Below, one piece after another: positions 31,307-41,820 of a stretch of DNA of 61,616 bases. The notes under the pieces are model-generated. The model ran no database searches, was not told the DNA's origin, and was given only the letters and a program-made list of their open reading frames with translations. Origin of the DNA: Stramenopiles sp. TOSAG23-2 (lineage: Eukaryota); NCBI GenBank assembly GCA_900128395.1, contig LT649248.1, positions 1-61,616 of the forward strand, written 5' to 3'. The stretch's first letter is position 1; each line of letters begins with the position of its first letter. Made by a program: the position numbers and the translations under genes.

Positions 31307-32893
31307 ATGCCACATGTAACAATACTTGGTGGTGGAATTTCTGGATTGTCACTCGCATGGTTTTTAAGACAAGCACATAAATTGAAAATTAGTAGTAAGA
31401 AAATTATACAAAATGAACAACAAATTGTAAATAATAATAAATCAACATCATTAAAAATTTCAATAATAGAATCGACGAATCGGACCGGTGGATGGGTACG
31501 TACGGAACGTATTGGTGGACATATATTGGAACGAGGGCCTCGTGGATTTCGGCCAAAAGGAAATGGGATCGAAACGTTGAAATTAATTGAAAGTTTAGGA
31601 TTACAAGGTGCAACCATAGCACCATCAACTACTTCTAACAATCGTTTTGTATATCATGAAAACCAATTACAACCTTTACCATCTTCTTTGAAAGATATAT
31701 TTTTGAATCCACCACCTGTCATGGAAGGTGTTGTTGCAACAGTTATAAAAGAACCATTTAAACCAAAAAATATCGAATTGAAGGATGAAAGTATTTACGA
31801 TTTCATTTCTCGGAGATTTTCAAAAAAAATGGCAACGACGTTAATTGATGCAATGATATCAGGTATTTATTCAGGTGATATTAAGAAATTATCCGTACGT
31901 TCATGTTCACCATTGAATAAATTATGGGAATATGAACAATCACATGGTTCAATTGTGAAAGGAATGTTTATGCCATCATCATCATCTGCAACAACAACAA
32001 CAAACAATTCGAATAATGATGATGGACCATTGTCTACGTTTGTTCAAAAAATGCAAAAAGCACCACAAGTATCTTTTATAAAAGGTATGGAACATTTGAC
32101 AGAAACATTGACAAAGAAATTAGCATCAAATGCAGATACAATAATATATACAGATTATGAATGTGTTCAAATAATAAATGAATCTAATGATGAAGGAATA
32201 GAAATACATTTACAAGATGCAAATGATGAAAAAGAAATGAAAATTATAAATAATGTGGATCATATATTTTCAACAATACCAGCAAATAAATTATCCAACA
32301 TCTTGCCATCTTCATCATTATTTGATTACGCAAAAGAATTATTATTAAATAAAATGAAATATAATGTAAATGTCGCAGTTGTCAATTTAGTCTATAATAA
32401 ATCCAATTTGGTTGGTAAAGATGGATTTGGTTATCTTGTACCTAGCATGGATAAAGAAGGTATATTAGGTGTAGCATGGGATTCATCGATATTTCCAGCA
32501 CAAATTGATGCAAAAACAATGAAAGACCATGATTTACATCGTTTTAACAATACATCTCGTGTAACTGTTATGATTGGTGGAGCAAAAAATCCGGATGTTG
32601 TTACTAAAAGTAATGAGGAACTGATTCAAATTGCAATTGAAAAAGTGACAAAACATTTAAATTTAGATAAAAATGTTACACCTGATCCAGAATTAAAAGT
32701 TGCTGGTATTATGTATGATTGTATACCGCAATATTATGTTGGACATTATGATCATGTGGAAAAATTAAAAGCAAATTTACAAGAACATTTACCAGAATTA
32801 ACATTTATTGGAACAAGTTTTTATGGTGTTGGTATAGCTGATTGCATAGCAAATGCAAAGATGACCGCGGAAGAATATGTCAATAAGATGTAA
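31307..32893 (+). CDS. PPOX: Protoporphyrinogen IX oxidase (HemY type)
   Basis: ILGGGISGLS, ERGPRGFR, DESIYDFISRRF, GFGYLVP, IPQYYVGH, GVGIADCI motifs. Confidence 0.93.
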   Translation: MPHVTILGGGISGLSLAWFLRQAHKLKISSKKIIQNEQQIVNNNKSTSLKISIIESTNRTGGWVRTERIGGHILERGPRGFRPKGNGIETLKLIESLGLQGATIAPSTTSNNRFVYHENQLQPLPSSLKDIFLNPPPVMEGVVATVIKEPFKPKNIELKDESIYDFISRRFSKKMATTLIDAMISGIYSGDIKKLSVRSCSPLNKLWEYEQSHGSIVKGMFMPSSSSATTTTNNSNNDDGPLSTFVQKMQKAPQVSFIKGMEHLTETLTKKLASNADTIIYTDYECVQIINESNDEGIEIHLQDANDEKEMKIINNVDHIFSTIPANKLSNILPSSSLFDYAKELLLNKMKYNVNVAVVNLVYNKSNLVGKDGFGYLVPSMDKEGILGVAWDSSIFPAQIDAKTMKDHDLHRFNNTSRVTVMIGGAKNPDVVTKSNEELIQIAIEKVTKHLNLDKNVTPDPELKVAGIMYDCIPQYYVGHYDHVEKLKANLQEHLPELTFIGTSFYGVGIADCIANAKMTAEEYVNKM

Positions 32894-33474
32894 AGAATAA
32901 AAAAAAGAATATTTTTCAGATTATAAAATATCATCTCTATCATATATGCATAGATGATGTCTATTTTTATATACGTATAATAAGCGCGTTCAACGAGAGC
33001 GCACGGAAGGATAGAAATTTACTCATGCTTGTAGAGTATTAGTTTGCAGAGGTGCATTAGAGCTTTTACTATATAGTAGGATAGAAATATTATTCTTGCG
33101 ATTGAGTACATGTTGAGCATATTACTTTTAGCACGCGGGAAGTAAAATTATTAAATAACTTTAGATTTTAAACATCATTTATAAATATAAAATTAATGTG
33201 ATATTTAAAATTATATCATCTTTTTACAAAAGCAAATTTTTCACGCCCCACACTTTTTTACTCCTGTTATACTCGCTGAAACAATTCCTCTCCTTTCTAA
33301 TATTAATCTTTTTTGTTTTTATATATTTTTTTCTTTTGTATTACAAAATCTTTGTTGTCTCCTCTCTCGCTCTTTTCTAAGATTCGTACCCACGTGTCTT
33401 CTCTCTCAAAAAAGATCAGAGTGTGTTAATTTAATTTTATAAAAATACAATTTTAGATACATATTGATCCCCAT

Positions 33475-34143
33475 TTAAAGTTCATTATATCCTGTATTAT
33501 CTTTCATTGATGGCATGGAAGGTGGTTTGGATTTAACATAAAAGCAATAACTTAATCCTGCCAATAAAAATACCATTATCACCATAAAAATACATGCAAC
33601 TATATATCCAGCAACAGATGCTTTTGCAAATAATATTGAACAGTCTACGTTCAAATTAGATGTAATAGAATACTCCACATTAACTGGTTTTTCAGTCTCT
33701 ACTGTATCGCCACAGTTAGAGGCAACGAAATACCATTGATGCTTGTATTGTTCAGAAATTTTGATTTTCTGCGTTTTCTTTTGATCTTTCACTAAATCGA
33801 CACCATCAAGCGTTACTGTTTTTCCATCCTTATCAACATATGATAATTGTTTAGCGTGTTTAACTTTTTCAGCGCAACTTTTTGCTCCAACTGCATTAGC
33901 AAACGAACCAGACTCATCATCATAAAATAAAATACGTTGATTAGAACCTTCCGCTAAACCAGTTGCTACAATGGTAAGTTCATCTTCCGTTTTTGCATCG
34001 AAACACATACTTCCTAAAAGTACCCAACTGCCTTTGCTTTCGCCTGTGGTACTTCCACTATCGTCTAGTCCACGTCCTCTAACAATAATATTACTGTGCG
34101 CGACTGTACACAATAATGATAAAATTAATAGTACTTTCAACAT
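33475..34143 (-). CDS. Type I membrane protein with a GPR180/TMEM145-like luminal domain
   Basis: Signal peptide; WVLLGSMCF, LFYDDE, QWYFVASNC segments; single C-terminal TM; cytosolic YNEL tyrosine motif. Confidence 0.65.
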   Translation of the reverse strand: MLKVLLILSLLCTVAHSNIIVRGRGLDDSGSTTGESKGSWVLLGSMCFDAKTEDELTIVATGLAEGSNQRILFYDDESGSFANAVGAKSCAEKVKHAKQLSYVDKDGKTVTLDGVDLVKDQKKTQKIKISEQYKHQWYFVASNCGDTVETEKPVNVEYSITSNLNVDCSILFAKASVAGYIVACIFMVIMVFLLAGLSYCFYVKSKPPSMPSMKDNTGYNEL

Positions 34144-34551
34144 ATTTTTTAATAATGGATATTATTATATATATATAACTAAGATAATGTATTATAATAT
34201 TTATAAAATCAATCAACTATATATATATGTATATAATCTTGACTTCTATCTATTTTTTTCTTAAAACAAACAATTAAAACTTTTTTCCACACTTAGTTTT
34301 TGGTATTGATTACGATATGCAATATGTAATATGATATGTTGTTTGTTGATCCAATTTATTCAATATCTAATATACAATCTATGTTTTTTTAGTTTATTAC
34401 AATAAAATAAGATTTTAGTTTTTCTTTTATACCTGGTAGTATACGCGTATACGCATTTTAGTATATATTATTTTAGGTAAAAAAATTTACTTATATATAA
34501 ATACTGTGTGATGTTATTTTCCTGAGCACCTGAGTGGTATAAAATATCTTT

Positions 34552-34642
34552 TTCCGTTTTCTACACCCTGTACTTTTATTCATTTTACAACCATCTATTT
34601 TAACAGGATGTATAATATCTTATAGGGTGTTAGAAATCGGAA
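34552..34642. repeat. ~21-bp imperfect inverted repeat pair resembling Tc1/mariner termini
   Basis: ttccgttttctacaccctgta (34552-34572) versus tatagggtgttagaaatcggaa (34621-34642). Confidence 0.55.
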
Positions 34643-35136
34643 CAGTTTCAATTAGGGGAATAATTTAGTATACTTAAAGTACAAATTGAACAAAAATTTG
34701 TTCCTTAATACCTAAAAATCCCATAATATATTCTGATATTTAATCGAAAACTCTAAAAATCCATCTCCCATCTTAATCTTATATTGCTACCACCTCGTAT
34801 TCTAATTCGCTATAAATCATAGAAATCTAAATCCATATATTATAGAAACCATGCTCTCAACTTTTAAGGTGGAAACCCAACACATCAAACTGGAAAGAAG
34901 CAGAAGAAGACAGAAATCCGTTTAGCAACTTTATTTTAATTTGCAAAAGTAAAAATATAAACAAGTTGGAGGCGGCAAAAGAAAGAAACAAATAGAAAAT
35001 TTCCAAGAGCAACGGAGAATATATATACATTTATATTTCCACCACGCTATTTGTTAAAAGTGAAAGAAACAATAATATACAAATATACCAGCATATTATA
35101 TATATATATTATATTATATTTAAAAAAAGATTAACC

Positions 35137-38115
35137 ATGGAAGAAAAAGAAGCAACACTTCAAATACCAATACAACCTAATAATAATAATAATAATAATC
35201 AAGACGAGGAAGATAATAATAATAATATTAACAACAATGTAGGCGAAACTACAAATGGACATCAAGAGCCAATATTCAAAACGATCACACCGAGTAAACA
35301 TGGATTTATATCTGCAAGGAAAGAACAAACACCTCTTAACTCGGCAAGGTCCAATACATCACAAAAATCTGCTCCTGGAATGTTTAGTCCAGATAAAGTA
35401 CCAAGAACATCTGGAAAACCAATACTTACACCATTACCACCAAGTGTTTTATCGTCATCACTACTTGGAGGCTTACTATCTGGTAGAAGTAGTAGCAGTA
35501 GTAGAAGAAACCAAGTTATCACACGAAATTCACCTTTAAAACAAGGAACGAAAAATTATTTAGCAGAAAGTATTGTACCATTATTAATTGAAGGTTTAAC
35601 TCAATTATCTATTTCAAGACCAGAAAAATCAGACAATAGCCCCGGACCAGCTGTCTGGTTGGCAAAATATTTATTACGACGTTCTGATCAAAGTAAAGAT
35701 TATATATTGAAACGTAGACGTGGTGGTATTGAAGTAGAAGTACAAACAGAAGATACAGAACAATATTCCAGGAAAAAAGAAGTGGTGCATATGGAAACAC
35801 AAACAGATAAAGCAAGTGGATCAAGTTTGAGTGCAATACGAGAACTGAATGGTAGTAGTAATAATAATAATAATAATAATAATACTACTAATGTGAATCA
35901 AAATCGTGACATTAATATTAATATACGTTTAGATGGTGCATTATTACCATCACGAATGATGACGATGAACAATAATAATATGAATAATAATAATGCGATG
36001 CCATCATCAGAATCATATGATGTTTTCCTTGGAAATAGTAATAATAATAATAATAATAATAATACTTTACAACAACCATTATTACAACCTGCTGTACAGC
36101 CAAATATATTGGCAGCTCCACCATCACCAACCGTGAATAATAATAATAACTATAATAATAATGAAATTAGTAGAAAACCATTATTACTAGTTGATGATGC
36201 TGAGGATGAAGTTAAAAGTGCAGATATACCAGATATTAATAATGAAAATATAATTGAAAATAAAGATATTGTAGTAAAGAAAGTTGTACAAACAGAAGAA
36301 CAAGAGAATAATGATGATCGAATACGGAATCAAAATATTGAAAAATTAAAAAGTTTCTTTGAAGAAATTTGTGCCCAAGGACATGTCCCAAAAAATTCAT
36401 TGATTGTTTCTCGTAGACAATTTCAACGTGCTATATTATCACTTGGATTACAATCGATGTTAGCTTCTTCGATTGCTACTGTTAATAATAATGACGATAA
36501 TAAAAATATAGATAAAGACAAATCAAAATTACCAGGATTATCAATGTTAATGAAACCTCGTCAATATAAACAAGCATTAGATAAAATGACAAATTCAACA
36601 AACGATAATACAATAACTTATTCACAATTTGAAGAATTTTGTTTTAAAGGTATTGCAAGAAGCGCAGATGAGGAGGAAAAAACTGAACAAGTAGATAATG
36701 TTGAAACGAAAGAAGAAATTGTACAAAAACAGTCTAAATCTAATAATGCAATTTTCACCAACACTATAACATATGAAGAACTTCAATCATTGGAAAACGA
36801 TTTACAAAAAACAATTGATAGTAAGCGTCCTAAAACACTAAGTGAAGTTGATACAGTAATTGATAATGTGTTTACTTCAATTTTTGATGATCCACAAATT
36901 AATAGCAATAGTATCGATGGTAGTGAGAATGATAGAAACGATGATCAAGTAAGGAAAGAGGATGTAATATTTTTACTCGGTATGTCACCACCAAATTCTA
37001 TACTTGATTATGCAGAAATAATGCCAAGCTTTCAATTTTTAATGAATCCACAAATATATGAAAATGAATTAGTAAACTATAATGAAATGGAAACAATCAA
37101 ACGTGTTGAATTTATGAACTTTATAAAGCAACAAATAGCAATATTAAATAAAAAAGAAACGATTGATAGTTTAGTATTAGATGACTATATGAATAATGCT
37201 ATATTAATAACTACAGATGACAAAACATTAGATGATAATAATACAATAGAAACACCATCATCATCACCAACAAGAAGAAGAAATCTTGGTACACCATATG
37301 ATGAGTTTTCATCTGCACGTATAGAGACAAGCACGACTAGTAAATTACGTTTGGATAAATCATTGAAAAAAATATTCAATACATTAGATTCAAAGAAAGA
37401 TGGATTTTTAGATAAACGCGAAGTTTTACTATCATTATCTGGACGTGGAAATGCCAAAGTTGCAAATTTATTATCATATTTCCAACCATTGGAAGCGTTA
37501 TTAAAACCAAAAACATTCCAAGAGGCGTTTAACATAATGGATACAGAATCCTCTGGTAAAGTTAATTTCGATGAATTTAGAGCATTTTGCAATGCAGTTG
37601 TAATCGAAGCGGAAGAAATTGCATTGAGTGGTCGTCCATCTGTCGATGAAAATGGCGAAGACATTATTATGGATTCTGCAAGATTATCAGCACGCGTTGT
37701 AAAAGAATTAGAAAGAGACATAGCATTGCGAACTTTATTTAATAAAGTAGGAGCATCGTTATCAAATATTAACAATAATGGTAATAATAATAATAACAAG
37801 GCAATAGAAGAAGAGGAGGAGGAGAAGGAAAGACAGACTAATAAGAAAAGTAAAGGACCATATTTAAGCAAACGTTATATTTTACGTGCATTGCATTCAA
37901 ATCCATCGATTGTTGCACTTTTAGACAATGAGCCTATATTATTTGCATTATGCAAACCACAATCGTTTGGCGCAACTTTTGATACAATGAATGTAGAGAA
38001 AGATGGAAAAGTTTCCTGGTTAGAGTTTCGAGCATTTTGTACAGCTGTAAGTGATGATAATATGGAAGAAAATAATATGAATATTAATAGTAACTTGGAA
38101 AGTGCAATGGTGTAA
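35137..38115 (+). CDS. Dpy-30-motif and EF-hand protein (992 aa), possibly flagellar
   Basis: TKNYLAESIVPLLIEGLTQLSISRP..PAVWLAKYLL Dpy-30 motif; EF-like DSKKDGFLDKRE, DTESSGKVNFDE, NVEKDGKVSWLE; VQT/TQT motifs. Confidence 0.8.
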   Translation: MEEKEATLQIPIQPNNNNNNNQDEEDNNNNINNNVGETTNGHQEPIFKTITPSKHGFISARKEQTPLNSARSNTSQKSAPGMFSPDKVPRTSGKPILTPLPPSVLSSSLLGGLLSGRSSSSSRRNQVITRNSPLKQGTKNYLAESIVPLLIEGLTQLSISRPEKSDNSPGPAVWLAKYLLRRSDQSKDYILKRRRGGIEVEVQTEDTEQYSRKKEVVHMETQTDKASGSSLSAIRELNGSSNNNNNNNNTTNVNQNRDININIRLDGALLPSRMMTMNNNNMNNNNAMPSSESYDVFLGNSNNNNNNNNTLQQPLLQPAVQPNILAAPPSPTVNNNNNYNNNEISRKPLLLVDDAEDEVKSADIPDINNENIIENKDIVVKKVVQTEEQENNDDRIRNQNIEKLKSFFEEICAQGHVPKNSLIVSRRQFQRAILSLGLQSMLASSIATVNNNDDNKNIDKDKSKLPGLSMLMKPRQYKQALDKMTNSTNDNTITYSQFEEFCFKGIARSADEEEKTEQVDNVETKEEIVQKQSKSNNAIFTNTITYEELQSLENDLQKTIDSKRPKTLSEVDTVIDNVFTSIFDDPQINSNSIDGSENDRNDDQVRKEDVIFLLGMSPPNSILDYAEIMPSFQFLMNPQIYENELVNYNEMETIKRVEFMNFIKQQIAILNKKETIDSLVLDDYMNNAILITTDDKTLDDNNTIETPSSSPTRRRNLGTPYDEFSSARIETSTTSKLRLDKSLKKIFNTLDSKKDGFLDKREVLLSLSGRGNAKVANLLSYFQPLEALLKPKTFQEAFNIMDTESSGKVNFDEFRAFCNAVVIEAEEIALSGRPSVDENGEDIIMDSARLSARVVKELERDIALRTLFNKVGASLSNINNNGNNNNNKAIEEEEEEKERQTNKKSKGPYLSKRYILRALHSNPSIVALLDNEPILFALCKPQSFGATFDTMNVEKDGKVSWLEFRAFCTAVSDDNMEENNMNINSNLESAMV

Positions 38116-39269
38116 AATAATGTCCAGAAACCAGAAACACATATTTTGGGACCCACATAAAAATTTAAAATATATATTTTTTTAAAAAAGATATTATAAC
38201 TTAAGATTTTAACCATCATATAATAAAAAAGATAAAGAGCAGAGAAATAATCATTAAATCGGTGGAAGAAAAATTTTTACGCGTATTTTTATATACGTAT
38301 TTTTTTTTTATGCTTTGTGCTTTTATAAAAAAAGAGATTTTAAAATATTTGATTTTAATTTTTTATGTGTGTGTGTGTCAAAAACAAAAACTTGTACTAC
38401 ATATATATCGTATTTATCTTATAGCCTTTTGCTTTGTAAAATAATACGTGTTATACGAGTTTTGCTTGTGCCCTATGCTAATAAAAAATTGAAAAAATAT
38501 TTTTGGTGTGCGTTATGTGTTGTTGTTTTTGCGCTAAAAATAAGAAAAAAAACAAAGGTGTGTGTGTTTTTTTTTCTATTGAAGCGCTAATAGTTTTTTT
38601 GTTGTCAAAATACAAATTGTCACTTTACTTCAAAATTCGTCAAAAATATAAACACATATGTGATGTCCATGTTGTTATATAATCCACATTATTTTTCGTT
38701 TTTTCTCTCTCTTTTTAATATACTATCTTTTTCATAAATTGTTCTTTGTTTTTTTTTTTAATATATATTTTATTTTTATTTTTTTATAAATTTGTTTTAT
38801 TAAGTTTATTTTCGTCCATTTTTGGTGAATAAATATAAATATTATCATATATGATTATCGATACATCATAAACAATATATTACAGCTACATTAAATATGT
38901 GCATTGCAATTATTTTGATTTTTTGATTGATACATATCTAACATACAAATATATTCATTTTTTGTGTCCAATGTATATTTGTTCTATTATATAGTTGCTT
39001 ATGCTTTCGAAAGTATATATTTATATAATATTATATTTCACCATGTCTTTGTTTCATTATTTTATTATTATTATTATTATTTAATTAATTAACGTTTATT
39101 TATTTATTATATATGCGAATATATACATATGTATAAATAAACTTGTGTGACAATTTGTATTTTTATTTGCAATAATAACATGATACGATTTATAGAATTA
39201 TCGATATATATATATGTATACCAATGAATATTATCTATTATCTTATCATTGCCTGACAACATACTATAT

Positions 39270-39833
39270 TTATTCTTCTACGTCTACATACAACGTTTTA
39301 GCTTTATTACGTTGGAATAATCCAACTACTAAACTATCTGTTTCTTCATCATATGTAATAGAACATAATTTTTCACCACCAGTTTTTTTCAAATCGCGTT
39401 TTAATCTTTTCAAAAACGCGTCACCTTTGGTCTTTGGTCCAGAAGATTTCTTTCCTGCTTTTGCATTTTTTCCTTTTGCTGCTTTTTTTTTACCTTTTGC
39501 TGGTTTACTATTATCACCATCTGTTGCTTTTTTTTTGTCATTAGAAGCCTTTTTCGTTTTCTTTTCTTTTTTTGTTTTTTTTTCTGGCTTTTCTTTTTTC
39601 TCACGCTGTTCATACGCGGATGCTCTCATTTTCCCAAACGTTGCACCTTCAAATTCTTTGCCATTCATCGCTTCAACAGCTTCATCAACTTTTGATTCAT
39701 CAGCTAATTTTGCAATTGCAAATCGTTTGTTATTTTGTCTTTCAACAGTTGCTTCAATGGATAAATTAGCAAATATATCTTGTATTGCTTTATCATTTGC
39801 ATTTCTGTCTAATCCTTGTAAAAATACTGACAT
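39270..39833 (-). CDS. RRM-domain RNA-binding protein with a Lys-rich linker
   Basis: RNP2-like SVFLQGL, RNP1-like RFAIAKL, AVEAMNGKEFEG. Confidence 0.75.
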   Translation of the reverse strand: MSVFLQGLDRNANDKAIQDIFANLSIEATVERQNNKRFAIAKLADESKVDEAVEAMNGKEFEGATFGKMRASAYEQREKKEKPEKKTKKEKKTKKASNDKKKATDGDNSKPAKGKKKAAKGKNAKAGKKSSGPKTKGDAFLKRLKRDLKKTGGEKLCSITYDEETDSLVVGLFQRNKAKTLYVDVEE

Positions 39834-40332
39834 GATGTTTTGAAAATTATTTGGCTTGATGTATATAGGTTTTTGTGTATATTATATACTTATTAATATT
39901 ACTATTGTTTGATATATATATTCGTATTTGTTTCACTTTTGTCTGATTGTATCTACCTCTTTGCTATGAGTATATATCCTTCTATTCGAATATTATTTTA
40001 TTATTTCTATTCTATTTGTGTGTATCTTTATTTATTCATTTTTCGTTCTTTCTTTCTTTGTTGCTGTTGTGCCCGCCCCCTTTTGTTTTTGAGTGGTTAT
40101 ATGCATTTTAGATGCTATTTATATGCTAAATTACAAGTATAAATGACTATACTGTAAGTGAATTATCATAGGATTGTTATACAATATTGTGGCTATTTTT
40201 CTCTGCAAAAACTAAAACTTACAATTTTCGTCCTATGATGACACTTTTTTCCCAGACTCTAAACACAATGAGAATCCGGTATGTTCATGAGTTCACATCT
40301 GCAGATCGAAACTTTGGATCTCTTAGTAAATT

Positions 40333-40500
40333 TCATGCTACCAACATAGTGTGTCTATCCTGGTGCCATATTTTTTCACTTTCAAGGGAATGTTGTGATT
40401 TTTTATGTCTTGTTAAATTATTCATATGTAATGTTTTATAATCACATTTTTGTTGATTGCAATGGTGCCATATTTTTTCACTTTCATTCACTTTCATACA
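40333..40500 (-). pseudogene. Degenerate C2H2 zinc-finger repeat fragment
   Basis: SEKIWHHCNQQKCDYKTLHMNNLTRHKKSQH followed by a second ESEKIWH; 24-bp direct repeat tggtgccatattttttcactttca. Confidence 0.55.
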
Positions 40501-40775
40501 ATGAAGCAAACAATAGTGTTTGGTGCAGGAGCAATGGGGATGAAACACCTTTTGGAAGAGATACATATATCTGTAATGAGTTGATATAAGCTGGTATAAC
40601 AGAAGAATTTTTGCCAGTGCAGTATATGGAATATAATAATAGATTATATCATGCAGGTGGTGAACCTCCAGATATAAATGATGGTGCTAATTTAGGAGAT
40701 AGAGTTGTCAATAGTGATGTTGATAATAGTCATCAATACATGGATATTTGAAGGATTTGCCTCTCTTCACCTTAA

Positions 40776-41411
40776 GTGAATCAAGTCTCAATGGATGGAT
40801 CTGATGAGGATCCACCTGAAATAACCCTACAGGAGGGCGAGGTAGCAGAGGCATGGAGAACGGATTTAGGACGGAGTCCGGGGAACGATCCAAACTTCAA
40901 AGTAGTAACGGAGGAGGAATTCCAAGAGGTATGGAAAGAGTTAGAAATGGACACTAATCCAATCTTCTTAAACTTGGGAAAAGAGAAAAAAATAAAATTT
41001 AAAGAAATAATACGGAAATATAGCCATGTATTTCGGAAAACAGTGACTACACTCAAGAAGTTGCGGCGGGTGTCGTTTAAACCCAAGGACAATGGTATAT
41101 ATTTAAAGGAGAGGTATAAAATGCAAGCAACCGTATGGGGTTCAACAGTTGAGATGGATGTGCAAGTATCCATTGTGGACCTGCCAATGGACGAAATCCC
41201 TGTTATACAGCGAAGACTGTACGACAAAAATGAAATACCGCACCCTGTATTTTTAAACCAGTGCAGGTCTGCACATTGCGCTGCACATCTTTTTGAAGCG
41301 TTTAAAACGTTCTTAAATGAGGTACACCATTACCTAGGTCAGTGCAGAGTTGTATACTACCAAATACATGTTTTAATTAGGGTTGGCGAGTACGTGCGTC
41401 ATACGATATAG
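40776..41411 (+). mobile_element. Possible degenerate retroelement relic
   Basis: Higher-GC patch without an ATG start; KIKFKEIIRKYSHVF resembles the Ty3/gypsy pre-RT linker; the minus strand carries LQKDVQRNVQTC, like an integrase Zn-binding segment; no intact RT motifs. Confidence 0.3.
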
Positions 41412-41820
41412 CATGGGGATAGCAGGTAAAATTTTTGATAGGAATACATTATCATATACTAATGTATATTCATATAAAATGAATCAAGTATCACCAATAT
41501 ATATGATTTAAATTATACAATAATCTAATTACTCGATTCACTTAATAATAAATAATAAATATATTTTATACTTAAATAATCAATGTGCAGCCAAAAATCG
41601 ACCAAGTTTATTCACGTCACATCCACACCACACACTGTGTGCCACTCAAAAAATGATATGAATTAATGGAGAAAACATATATACATATATCATGCATCAT
41701 CACCATATGTAATAAAGTGAATATATTATTGAAAATATATATACATTGTGAAAATAATAATATATACCAGTAATAATAATAATATATATATATATATAAG
41801 ACTTTAAAAATAACATCACC

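Noticed and set aside
40801-40822. CTGATGA...GAAA hammerhead-like core
   Set aside because: Stem II is too weak and stems I and III are not found
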